A stretch of 64,000 bases of DNA from the human T2T-CHM13v2.0 reference genome, Homo sapiens, in the NCBI RefSeq assembly GCF_009914755.1, contig NC_060933.1; one strand, given 5' to 3'. Made by a program: the position numbers and the translations under genes. Positions 41,201 to 55,400 of this stretch are shown in pieces (positions within the stretch are counted from its first letter, which is position 1; every line of letters begins with the position of its first letter). The notes below the pieces were generated by a model. The model ran no database searches and had not been told where the DNA came from. It saw only the letters and a program-made list of their open reading frames with translations.

Positions 41201-43010
41201 ATTCCATTCCTTTCCATTCCAATCCATGCCATTCCACTCGTGTTGATTCCATTCTTTCCATTCCATTCAAGTTGAATCCATTCCATTGCATTCCATTCCA
41301 TTCGATTCCATTCGATTGCACTCAGGTTGATTCCATTCCATTGCATTCCATTCCATTCCATTCCATTCCATTCCGTTCCGTTCCATTCCATTCCATTCCA
41401 TTCCATTCCATTCCGTTCCGTTCCATTCCATTCCATTCCATTCTATTCGGGTTAATTCCATTCCATTCCATTCGATTGCAATCGAGTTGATTCCATTCCA
41501 TTCCATTCCATTCCATTCCATTCCTTTCCATTCCATTACGGATGATTCCATTCCATTGCATTCCATTCCATTCCATTCCCCTGTACTCGGGTTGATTCCA
41601 TTCCATTCCATTCCAATCCATGCCATTCCACTCGTGTTGATTCCATTCTTTCCATTCCATTCAAGTTGAATCCATTCCATTGCATTCCATTCCATTCCAT
41701 TCCCCTGCAGTCGGGTTGATTCCATTCCATTCCATTCCATTCCATTCCATTCCATTCCATTCCATTCCAATCAAGTTGATTCCATTCCATTCCATTCCAT
41801 TGCATTCCATTCCATTCCACTCCATTCCAGTCCTTTCCATTCCATTCAACTCGGGTTGATTCCAATGTATTCCTTTCTATTCCATTCCATTCCATTGCAA
41901 TCGAGTTGATTCCATTGCTTTGCATTCCTTTCCATTCCATTCCATTCCGGATGATTCCATTCCATTGCATTCCATTCCATTCCATTCCCCTGCACTCGGG
42001 TTGATTCCATTCCATTCCACTCTATTGCATTCCATTCTATTCCATTGCATTCCATTCCATTCCCCTGCACTCGGGTTGATTCCATTCCATTCCATTCCAT
42101 TCCATTCCATTCCATTCCATTCCTTTCCATTCCATTACGGATGATTCCATTCCATTGCATTCCATTCCATTCCATTCCCCTGTACTCGGGTTGATTCCAT
42201 TCCATTCCATTCCAATCCATGCCATTCCACTCGTGTTGATTCCATTCTTTCCATTCCATTCAAGTTGAATCCATTCCATTGCATTCCATTCCATTCGATT
42301 CCATTCGATTGCACTCGGGGTGATTCCATTCCATTGCATTCCATTCCATTCCATTCCATTCCATTCCATTCCATTCTGTTCCATTCCATTCCATTACATT
42401 CGGATTGATTCTATTCAATTCCCTTACACTCCATTACATTACATTCCATTAGGGTAATTTCCATTCCATTCCATTCCATTCCTCTCCATTCCATTGAACT
42501 CGGGTTGATTCCATTCCATTGCATTCCATTCCATTCCATTCAATTCCATTCCGTTCCATTCCATTCCATTACATTCGGATTGATTCTATTCAACTCTATT
42601 ACTCTCCATTACATTCCATTCCATTCGGGTTGTTCCATTCCATTCCATTCCATTCCACTCCATTCCATTGCACTCGGGTTGATTCCATTCCATTCCATTC
42701 CATTCCATTCCATTCCATTCCATTCCGGAAGATTCCATTCCATTGCATTCCATTCCATTCCATTCCCCTGCACTCGCGTTGATTCCATTCCATTCCATTC
42801 CATTCCATTCCATTCCATTCCGTTCCGTTCCGTTCCATTCCATTCCATTCCATTCCATTCCATTCCATTCCATTCCGTTCCGTTCCATTCCATTCCATTC
42901 CATTCTATTTGGGTTAATTCCATTCCATTCCATTCGATTGCAATCGATTTGATTCCATTCTATTCCATTCCATTCCATTCCATTCCTTTCCATTCCTTTC
43001 CATTCCATTA
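38250..43010 (-). repeat. Paralog of ~14750-19500
   Basis: Same evidence as for 14750-19500. Its right part also forms the start of the 8.27 kb duplication unit. Confidence 0.85.
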
Positions 43011-46000
43011 CGGATGATTCCATTCCATTGCATTCCATTCCATTCCATTCCCCTGTACTCAGGTTGATTCCATTCCATTGCATTCCAATCCATGCCCTTC
43101 CACTCGTGTTGATTCCATTCTTTCCATTCCATTCAAGTTGAATCCATTCCATTGCATTCCATTCCATTCGATTCCATTCGATTGCACTCGGGTTGATTCC
43201 ATTCCATTGCATTCCATTCCATTCCATTCCATTCCATTCCATTCCGTTCCATTCCATTCCATTACATTCGGATTGATTCTATTCAATTCCCTTACACTCC
43301 ATTACATTCCATTCCATTCGGGTAGTTTCCATTCCATTCCATTCCATTCCTCTCCATTCCATTGCACTCGGGTTGATTCCATTCCATTGCATTCCATTCC
43401 ATTCCATTCAACTCGATTCCTTTCCATTCCATTCCATTACATTCGGATTGATTCTATTCAACTCCCTTACTCTCCATTACATTCCATTCCATTCGGGTTG
43501 TTCCATTCCATTCCATTCCATTCCACTCCATTCCATTGCACTCGGGTTTATTCCATTCCATTCCATTCCATTCCATTCCATTCCATTCCATTCAGGAAGA
43601 TTCCATTCCATTGCATTCCATTCCATTCCATTCCCCTGCACTCGCGTTGATTCCATTCCATTCCATTCCATTCCATTCCATTCCATTCCATTCCTTTCCG
43701 TTCCATTCCATTCCATTCCGTTCCATTCCATTCCATTCCATTCCATTCCGTTCCGTTCCGTTCCGTTCCGTTCCATTCCATTCCATTCCATTCTATTCGG
43801 GTTAATTCCATTCCATTCCATTCGACTGCAATCGAGTTGATTCCATTCCATTCCATTCCATTCCATTCCATTCCTTTCCATTCCATTACGGATGATTCCA
43901 TTCCATTGCATTCCATTCCATTCCATTCCCCTGTACTCGGGTTGATTCCATTCCATTCCATTCCAATCCATGCCATTCCACTCGTGTTGATTCCATTCTT
44001 TCCATTCCATTCAAGTTGAATCCATTCCATTGCATTCCATTCCATTCCATTCCCCTGCAGTCGGGTTGATTCCATTCCATTCCATTCCATTCCATTCCAT
44101 TCCATTCCATTTCGTTCCGTTCCGTTCCATTCCATTCCATTCCATTCTATTCGGGTTAATTCCATTCCATTCCATTCCATTCCATTCCATTCCAAACGAG
44201 TTGATTCCATTCCATTCCATTCCATTACATTCCACTCCATTCCAGTCCTTTCCATTCCATTCCACTCGGGTTGATTCCAATGTATTCCTTTCCATTCAAT
44301 TCCATTCCATTGCAATCGAGTTGATTCCATTGCTTTGCATTCCATTCCATTCCATTCCATTCCGGATGATTCCATTCCATTGCATTCCATTCCATTCCAT
44401 TCCCCTGCACTCGGGTTGATTCCATTCCATTCAATTCCGTTCCCTTCCATTCCATTCCATTCCATTCTATTTGGGTTAATTCCATTCCATTCCATTCGAT
44501 TGCAATCGTGTTGATTCCATTCCATTGCATTCCATTCCATTCCATTCCCCTGTACTCGGGTTGATTCCATTCCATTGCATTCTAATCCATGCCCTTCCAC
44601 TCGTGTTGATTCCATTCTTTCCATTCCATTCAAGTTGAATCCATTCCATTGCATTCCATTCCATTCGATTCCATTCGATTGCACTCGGGTTGATTCCATT
44701 CCATTGCATTCCATTCCATTCCATTCCATTCCATTACATTCGGATTGATTCTATTCAATTCCCTTACACTCCATTACATTCCATTCCATTCGGGTAGTTT
44801 CCATTCCATTCCATTCCATTCCTCTCCATTCCATTGCACTCGGGTTGATTCCATTCCATTGCATTCCATTCCATTCCATTCAATTCCATTCCGTTCCATT
44901 CCACTCCATTACATTCGGATTGATTCTATTCAACTCCCTTACTCTCCATTACATTCCATTCCATTCGGGCTGTTCCATTCCATTCCATTCCATTCTACTC
45001 CATTCCATTGCACTCGGGTTTATTCCATTCCATTCCATTCCATTCCATTCCATTCCATTCCGGAAGATTCCATTCCATTGCATTCCATTCCATTCCATTC
45101 CCCTGTACTCGCGTTGATTCCATTCCATTCCATTCCATTCCATTCCATTCCATTCCATTCCTTTCCGTTCCATTCCATTCCATTCCATTCCATTCCATTC
45201 CATTCCATTCTGTTCCGTTCCGTTCCATTCCATTCCATTCCATTCTATTCGGGTTAATTCCATTCCATTCCATTCGATTGCAATCGAGTTGATTCCATTC
45301 CATTCCATTCCATTCCATTCCATTCCATTCCATTCCGGATGATTCCATTCCATTGCATTCCATTCCATTCCATTCCCCTGTACTCGGGTTCTTTCCATTC
45401 CATTCCATTCCAATCCATGCAATTCCACTCGTGTTGATTCCATTCTTTCCATTCCATTCAAGTTGAATCCATTCCATTGCATTCCATTCCATTCCATTCC
45501 CCTGCAGTCGGGTTGATTCCATTCCATTCCATTCCATTCCATTCCATTCCATTCCATTCCGTTCCGTTCCGTTCCATTCCATTCCATTCCATTCCATTCC
45601 ATTCCATTCCGTTCCGTTCCGTTCTGTTCCATTCCATTCCATTCCATTCCATTCCATTCCATTCCATTCCATTCCGTTCCATTCCATTCCATTCCATTCT
45701 ATTTGGGTTAATTCCATTCCATTCCATTCGATTGAAATCGAGTTGATTCCATTCCATTCCATTCCATTCCATTCCATTCCATTCCTTTCCATTCCATTAC
45801 GGATGATTCCATTCCATTGCATTCCATTCCATTCCATTCCCCTGTACTCAGGTTGATTCCATTCCATTGCATTCCAATCCAGGCCCTTCCACTCGTGTTG
45901 ATTCCATTCTTTCCATTCCATTCAAGTTGAATCCATTCCATTGCATTCCATTTCATTCGATTCCATTCGATTGCACTCGGGTTGATTCCATTCTATTGCA

Positions 46001-49000
46001 TTCCATTCCATTCCATTCCATTCCATTCCATTCCATTCCATTCCGTTCCATTCCATTCCATCACATTCGGATTGATTCTTTTCAATTCCCTTACACTCCA
46101 TTACATTTCGTTCCATTCGGGTAGTTTCCATTCCATTCCATTCCATTCCTCTCCATTCCATTGCACTCGGGTTGATTGCATTCCATTGCATTCCATTCCA
46201 TTCCATTCAATTCCATTCCATTCCATTCCATTTCATTCTATTCCATTTTACTCGGGTTGATTCCATTCCATTGCATTCCATTCCATTCCATTACGTTCCA
46301 TTCCATTCCATTACTTTCGGGTTGATTCTATTCAACTCCCTTACTCTCCATTCCATTCCATTCCATTCCTGTTGTTCCATTCCATTCCATTCCATTCCAC
46401 TCCATTCCATTGCACTGGGGTTGATTCCATTCCATTTCATTCCATTCCATTCAATTCCGGATGATTCCATTCCATTGCATTCCGATCCATTTCATTCCCC
46501 TGCACTCGGGTTGATTCCATTCCATTCCATTCCATTCCATACCATTCCATTCCATTCCATTCCATTCCAATTCTTTCCATTCCATTCAATTCCGTACCAT
46601 ACCATTCCATTCCATACAATTCCATTCCATTCCATTCCATTCCATTCCATTCCGTTCCATTCCATTCCGTTCCGTTCCATTCCATTCCATTCCATTCTAT
46701 TCCATCCCATTCCATTCCATTCTGTTCCGTTCCATTCCTTTCCATTCCATTCTATTCCATTCTATTGCATTCCATTGCAATCGAGTTGAATCTATTGCAT
46801 TCCATTCCATTCCATTCCGGAAGATTACATTCCATTGCATTCCATTCCATTCCATTCCCCTGCACTCGCGTTGATTCCATTCCATTCCATTCCATTCCAT
46901 TCCATTCCATTCCATTCCATTCCATTCCTTTCCTTTCCATTCCATTGCATTCCATTCCATTCCATTCCATTCCATTCCGTTCCGTTCCATTCCTTTCCAT
47001 TCCATTCTATTCGGGTTAATTCCATTCCATTCCATTCGATTGCAATCGAGTTGATTCCATTCCATTCCATTCCATTCCATTCCATTCCATTCCATTCCAT
47101 TCCTTTCCATTCCATTACGGATGATTCAATTCCATTGCATTCCATTCCATTCCATTCCCTTGTACTCGGGTTGATTCCATTCCATTGCATTCCAATCCAT
47201 GCCATTCCACTCGTGTTGATTCCATTCTTTCCATTCCATTCAAGTTGAATCCATTCCATTGCATTCCATTCCATTCGATTCCATTCGATTGCACTCGGGT
47301 TGATTCCATTCCATTGCATTCCATTCCATTCCATTCCATTGCATTCCATTCCATTCCGTTACATTCCATTTCATTACATTCAGATTGATTCTATTCAATT
47401 CCCTTACACTCCATTATATTCCAATCCATTCTGGTTGTTTCCATTCCATTCCATTCCATTTCACTCCATTCCATTGCACTCGGGTTGATTCCATTCCATT
47501 CCATTCCATTGCATTCCATTACATTCCATTCCGGATGATTCCATTCCATTGCATTCCATTCCATTCCATTCCCCTGCACTTGGGTTGATTCCATTCCATT
47601 CCATTACATTACATTCCGTTCCATTCCATTCCATTCCATTCGGATTGATTCTATTCAATTCCCTTACACTCGATTACATTCCATTCCATTCGGGTAGTTT
47701 CCATTCCATTCCATTCCATTCCTCTCCATTCCTTTGCTCTCGGGTGGATTCCATTCCATTCCATTCCATTCCATTCCATTCCATTGCATTCCATTCCATT
47801 GTACTCGGGTTGATTCCATTCCATTGCATTCCATTCCTTTCCATTCCATTCCATTCCATTCCATTCCATTCCGTTCCATTCCATTACATTCGGATTGATT
47901 CTATTCAACTCCCTTACTCTCCATTACATTCCATTCCATTCGGGTTGTTCCATTCCATTCCATTCCATTCCACTCCATTCCATTGCAGTCGGGTTGATTC
48001 CATTCCATTCCATTCCATTCCATTCCATTCCATTCCATTCCATTCCATTCCATTCCGTTCCATTTCGTTCCACTCCATTCTATTCCGTATCATTCCATTC
48101 CATTCCATTCCATTCCATTCCATTCCATTCCATTGTACTCGGGTTGATTCAATTCCGTTGCATTCCATTCCATTCCATTCCATTCCATTCCGTTGCATTC
48201 CATTCCATTACATTCGGATTGATTCTATTCAACTCCCTTACTCTCCATTACATTCCATTCCATTCGGGTTGTTCCATTCCATTCCATTCCATTCCACTCC
48301 ATTCCATTGCTCTCGGGTTGATTCCATTCCATTCCATTCCATTCCATTCCATTCCGGATGATTCCATTCCATTGCATTCCGTTCCATTACATTCCCCTGC
48401 ACTCGCGTTGATTCCATTCCATTCCATTCCATTCCATTCAATTCCATTCCATTACAATTCGTTCCATTCCATTCTATTCTGTACCATTCCATTCCATTCC
48501 ATACCATTCCATTCCATTCCATTCCATTCCATTCCATTCCGTTCCAATCCGTTCCATTCCATTCCATTCCATTCTATTCGGATTAATTCCATTCTATTCC
48601 ATTCCATTCCATTCTATTCCATTCCATTGCAATCGAGTTGAATCCATTGCATTTCATTCCATTCCATTCCATTCCATTCCATTCCGGAAGATTCCATTCC
48701 ATTGCATTCCATTCCATTCCATTCCCCTGCACTCGCGTTGATTCCATTCCATTCCATTCCATTCCATTCCATTCCATTCCGTTCCGTTCCGTTCCATTCC
48801 ATTCCATTCCATTCCATTCCATTGCATTACGTTCCGTTCCGTTCCGTTCCATTCCATTCCATTCCATTCTATTCGGGTTAATTCCATTCCATTCCATTCG
48901 ATTGCAATCGAGTTGATTCCATTCCCTAACATTCCATTCCATTCCATTCCATTCCATTCCCTTCCATTCCATTACGGATGATTCCATTCCATTGCATTCC

Positions 49001-49481
49001 ATTCCATTCCATTCCCCTGTACTCCGGTTGATTCCATTCCATTCCTATTCCAAACCATGCCATTCCACTCGTGTTGATTCCATTCTTTCCATTCCATTCA
49101 AGTTGAATCCATTCCATTGCATTCCATTCCATTCGATTCCATTCGATTGCACTCGGGTTGATTCCATTCCATTGCAATCCATTCCATTCCATTCCATTGC
49201 ATTCCATTCCATTCCGTTCCATTCCATTCCATTACATTCGTATTGATTCCATTCAATTCCTTTACACTCCATTACATTCCATTCCATTCGGGTAGGTTTC
49301 ATTCCATTCCATTCCATTCCTCTCCATTCCATTGCACTAGGGTTGATTCCATTCCATTGCATTCCATTCCATTCCATTCCATTCCATTCCATTCCATTCC
49401 ATTCCATTCCATTACGTATGATTCCATTCCATTGCATTCCATTCCATTCCATTCCCCTATACTCGGGTTGATTCCATTCCA
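41212..49481 (-). repeat. 8270-bp tandem duplication, copy 1
   Basis: ORF-track strings recur at an exact offset of 8270 (41267/49537, 43548/51818, 47549/55819), then 8275 (48238/56513, 49243/57518). The breakpoint is ambiguous within an identical stretch of ~75 bp. Confidence 0.95.
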
Positions 49482-52400
49482 TTCCATTCCAATCCATGCC
49501 ATTCCACTCGTGTTGATTCCATTCTTTCCATTCCATTCAAGTTGAATCCATTCCATTGCATTCCATTCCATTCGATTCCATTCGATTGCACTCAGGTTGA
49601 TTCCATTCCATTGCATTCCATTCCATTCCATTCCATTCCATTCCGTTCCGTTCCATTCCATTCCATTCCATTCCATTCCATTCCGTTCCGTTCCATTCCA
49701 TTCCATTCCATTCTATTCGGGTTAATTCCATTCCATTCCATTCGATTGCAATCGAGTTGATTCCATTCCATTCCATTCCATTCCATTCCATTCCTTTCCA
49801 TTCCATTACGGATGATTCCATTCCATTGCATTCCATTCCATTCCATTCCCCTGTACTCGGGTTGATTCCATTCCATTCCATTCCAATCCATGCCATTCCA
49901 CTCGTGTTGATTCCATTCTTTCCATTCCATTCAAGTTGAATCCATTCCATTGCATTCCATTCCATTCCATTCCCCTGCAGTCGGGTTGATTCCATTCCAT
50001 TCCATTCCATTCCATTCCATTCCATTCCATTCCATTCCAATCAAGTTGATTCCATTCCATTCCATTCCATTGCATTCCATTCCATTCCACTCCATTCCAG
50101 TCCTTTCCATTCCATTCAACTCGGGTTGATTCCAATGTATTCCTTTCTATTCCATTCCATTCCATTGCAATCGAGTTGATTCCATTGCTTTGCATTCCAT
50201 TCCATTCCATTCCATTCCGGATGATTCCATTCCATTGCATTCCATTCCATTCCATTCCCCTGCACTCGGGTTGATTCCATTCCATTCCACTCCATTGCAT
50301 TCCATTCTATTCCATTGCATTCCATTCCATTCCCCTGCACTCGGGTTGATTCCATTCCATTCCATTCCATTCCATTCCATTCCATTCCATTCCTTTCCAT
50401 TCCATTACGGATGATTCCATTCCATTGCATTCCATTCCATTCCATTCCCCTGTACTCGGGTTGATTCCATTCCATTCCATTCCAATCCATGCCATTCCAC
50501 TCGTGTTGATTCCATTCTTTCCATTCCATTCAAGTTGAATCCATTCCATTGCATTCCATTCCATTCGATTCCATTCGATTGCACTCGGGGTGATTCCATT
50601 CCATTGCATTCCATTCCATTCCATTCCATTCCATTCCATTCCATTCTGTTCCATTCCATTCCATTACATTCGGATTGATTCTATTCAATTCCCTTACACT
50701 CCATTACATTACATTCCATTAGGGTAATTTCCATTCCATTCCATTCCATTCCTCTCCATTCCATTGAACTCGGGTTGATTCCATTCCATTGCATTCCATT
50801 CCATTCCATTCAATTCCATTCCGTTCCATTCCATTCCATTACATTCGGATTGATTCTATTCAACTCTATTACTCTCCATTACATTCCATTCCATTCGGGT
50901 TGTTCCATTCCATTCCATTCCATTCCACTCCATTCCATTGCACTCGGGTTGATTCCATTCCATTCCATTCCATTCCATTCCATTCCATTCCATTCCGGAA
51001 GATTCCATTCCATTGCATTCCATTCCATTCCATTCCCCTGCACTCGCGTTGATTCCATTCCATTCCATTCCATTCCATTCCATTCCATTCCGTTCCGTTC
51101 CGTTCCATTCCATTCCATTCCATTCCATTCCATTCCATTCCATTCCGTTCCGTTCCATTCCATTCCATTCCATTCTATTTGGGTTAATTCCATTCCATTC
51201 CATTCGATTGCAATCGATTTGATTCCATTCTATTCCATTCCATTCCATTCCATTCCTTTCCATTCCTTTCCATTCCATTACGGATGATTCCATTCCATTG
51301 CATTCCATTCCATTCCATTCCCCTGTACTCAGGTTGATTCCATTCCATTGCATTCCAATCCATGCCCTTCCACTCGTGTTGATTCCATTCTTTCCATTCC
51401 ATTCAAGTTGAATCCATTCCATTGCATTCCATTCCATTCGATTCCATTCGATTGCACTCGGGTTGATTCCATTCCATTGCATTCCATTCCATTCCATTCC
51501 ATTCCATTCCATTCCGTTCCATTCCATTCCATTACATTCGGATTGATTCTATTCAATTCCCTTACACTCCATTACATTCCATTCCATTCGGGTAGTTTCC
51601 ATTCCATTCCATTCCATTCCTCTCCATTCCATTGCACTCGGGTTGATTCCATTCCATTGCATTCCATTCCATTCCATTCAACTCGATTCCTTTCCATTCC
51701 ATTCCATTACATTCGGATTGATTCTATTCAACTCCCTTACTCTCCATTACATTCCATTCCATTCGGGTTGTTCCATTCCATTCCATTCCATTCCACTCCA
51801 TTCCATTGCACTCGGGTTTATTCCATTCCATTCCATTCCATTCCATTCCATTCCATTCCATTCAGGAAGATTCCATTCCATTGCATTCCATTCCATTCCA
51901 TTCCCCTGCACTCGCGTTGATTCCATTCCATTCCATTCCATTCCATTCCATTCCATTCCATTCCTTTCCGTTCCATTCCATTCCATTCCGTTCCATTCCA
52001 TTCCATTCCATTCCATTCCGTTCCGTTCCGTTCCGTTCCGTTCCATTCCATTCCATTCCATTCTATTCGGGTTAATTCCATTCCATTCCATTCGACTGCA
52101 ATCGAGTTGATTCCATTCCATTCCATTCCATTCCATTCCATTCCTTTCCATTCCATTACGGATGATTCCATTCCATTGCATTCCATTCCATTCCATTCCC
52201 CTGTACTCGGGTTGATTCCATTCCATTCCATTCCAATCCATGCCATTCCACTCGTGTTGATTCCATTCTTTCCATTCCATTCAAGTTGAATCCATTCCAT
52301 TGCATTCCATTCCATTCCATTCCCCTGCAGTCGGGTTGATTCCATTCCATTCCATTCCATTCCATTCCATTCCATTCCATTTCGTTCCGTTCCGTTCCAT

Positions 52401-55400
52401 TCCATTCCATTCCATTCTATTCGGGTTAATTCCATTCCATTCCATTCCATTCCATTCCATTCCAAACGAGTTGATTCCATTCCATTCCATTCCATTACAT
52501 TCCACTCCATTCCAGTCCTTTCCATTCCATTACACTCGGGTTGATTCCAATGTATTCCTTTCCATTCAATTCCATTCCATTGCAATCGAGTTGATTCCAT
52601 TGCTTTGCATTCCATTCCATTCCATTCCATTCCGGATGATTCCATTCCATTGCATTCCATTCCATTCCATTCCCCTGCACTCGGGTTGATTCCATTCCAT
52701 TCAATTCCGTTCCCTTCCATTCCATTCCATTCCATTCTATTTGGGTTAATTCCATTCCATTCCATTCGATTGCAATCGTGTTGATTCCATTCCATTGCAT
52801 TCCATTCCATTCCATTCCCCTGTACTCGGGTTGATTCCATTCCATTGCATTCTAATCCATGCCCTTCCACTCGTGTTGATTCCATTCTTTCCATTCCATT
52901 CAAGTTGAATCCATTCCATTGCATTCCATTCCATTCGATTCCATTCGATTGCACTCGGGTTGATTCCATTCCATTGCATTCCATTCCATTCCATTCCATT
53001 CCATTACATTCGGATTGATTCTATTCAATTCCCTTACACTCCATTACATTCCATTCCATTCGGGTAGTTTCCATTCCATTCCATTCCATTCCTCTCCATT
53101 CCATTGCACTCGGGTTGATTCCATTCCATTGCATTCCATTCCATTCCATTCAATTCCATTCCGTTCCATTCCACTCCATTACATTCGGATTGATTCTATT
53201 CAACTCCCTTACTCTCCATTACATTCCATTCCATTCGGGCTGTTCCATTCCATTCCATTCCATTCCACTCCATTCCATTGCACTCGGGTTTATTCCATTC
53301 CATTCCATTCCATTCCATTCCATTCCATTCCGGAAGATTCCATTCCATTGCATTCCATTCCATTCCATTCCCCTGTACTCGCGTTGATTCCATTCCATTC
53401 CATTCCATTCCATTCCATTCCATTCCATTCCTTTCCGTTCCATTCCATTCCATTCCATTCCATTCCATTCCATTCCATTCTGTTCCGTTCCGTTCCATTC
53501 CATTCCATTCCATTCTATTCGGGTTAATTCCATTCCATTCCATTCGATTGCAATCGAGTTGATTCCATTCCATTCCATTCCATTCCATTCCATTCCATTC
53601 CCTTCCGGATGATTCCATTCCATTGCATTCCATTCCATTCCATTCCCCTGTACTCGGGTTCTTTCCATTCCATTCCATTCCAATCCATGCAATTCCACTC
53701 GTGTTGATTCCATTCTTTCCATTCCATTCAAGTTGAATCCATTCCATTGCATTCCATTCCATTCCATTCCCCTGCAGTCGGGTTGATTCCATTCCATTCC
53801 ATTCCATTCCATTCCATTCCATTCCATTCCGTTCCGTTCCGTTCCATTCCATTCCATTCCATTCCATTCCATTCCATTCCGTTCCGTTCCGTTCTGTTCC
53901 ATTCCATTCCATTCCATTCCATTCCATTCCATTCCATTCCGTTCCGTTCCATTCCATTCCATTCCATTCTATTTGGGTTAATTCCATTCCATTCCATTCG
54001 ATTGAAATCGAGTTGATTCCATTCCATTCCATTCCATTCCATTCCATTCCATTCCTTTCCATTCCATTACGGATGATTCCATTCCATTGCATTCCATTCC
54101 ATTCCATTCCCCTGTACTCAGGTTGATTCCATTCCATTGCATTCCAATCCAGGCCCTTCCACTCGTGTTGATTCCATTCTTTCCATTCCATTCAAGTTGA
54201 ATCCATTCCATTGCATTCCATTTCATTCGATTCCATTCGATTGCACTCGGGTTGATTCCATTCTATTGCATTCCATTCCATTCCATTCCATTCCATTCCA
54301 TTCCATTCCATTCCGTTCCATTCCATTCCATCACATTCGGATTGATTCTTTTCAATTCCCTTACACTCCATTACATTTCGTTCCATTCGGGTAGTTTCCA
54401 TTCCATTCCATTCCATTCCTCTCCATTCCATTGCACTCGGGTTGATTGCATTCCATTGCATTCCATTCCATTCCATTCAATTCCATTCCATTCCATTCCA
54501 TTTCATTCTATTCCATTTTACTCGGGTTGATTCCATTCCATTGCATTCCATTCCATTCCATTACGTTCCATTCCATTCCATTACTTTCGGGTTGATTCTA
54601 TTCAACTCCCTTACTCTCCATTCCATTCCATTCCATTCCTGTTGTTCCATTCCATTCCATTCCATTCCACTCCATTCCATTGCACTGGGGTTGATTCCAT
54701 TCCATTTCATTCCATTCCATTCAATTCCGGATGATTCCATTCCATTGCATTCCGATCCATTTCATTCCCCTGCACTCGGGTTGATTCCATTCCATTCCAT
54801 TCCATTCCATACCATTCCATTCCATTCCATTCCATTCCAATTCTTTCCATTCCATTCAATTCCGTACCATACCATTCCATTCCATACAATTCCATTCCAT
54901 TCCATTCTATTCCATTCCATTCCGTTCCATTCCATTCCGTTCCGTTCCATTCCATTCCATTCCATTCTATTCCATCCCATTCCATTCCATTCTGTTCCGT
55001 TCCATTCCTTTCCATTCCATTCTATTCCATTCTATTGCATTCCATTGCAATCGAGTTGAATCTATTGCATTCCATTCCATTCCATTCCGGAAGATTACAT
55101 TCCATTGCATTCCATTCCATTCCATTCCCCTGCACTCGCGTTGATTCCATTCCATTCCATTCCATTCCATTCCATTCCATTCCATTCCATTCCATTCCTT
55201 TCCTTTCCATTCCATTGCATTCCATTCCATTCCATTCCATTCCATTCCGTTCCGTTCCATTCCTTTCCATTCCATTCTATTCGGGTTAATTCCATTCCAT
55301 TCCATTCGATTGCAATCGAGTTGATTCCATTCCATTCCATTCCATTCCATTCCATTCCATTCCATTCCATTCCTTTCCATTCCATTACGGATGATTCAAT

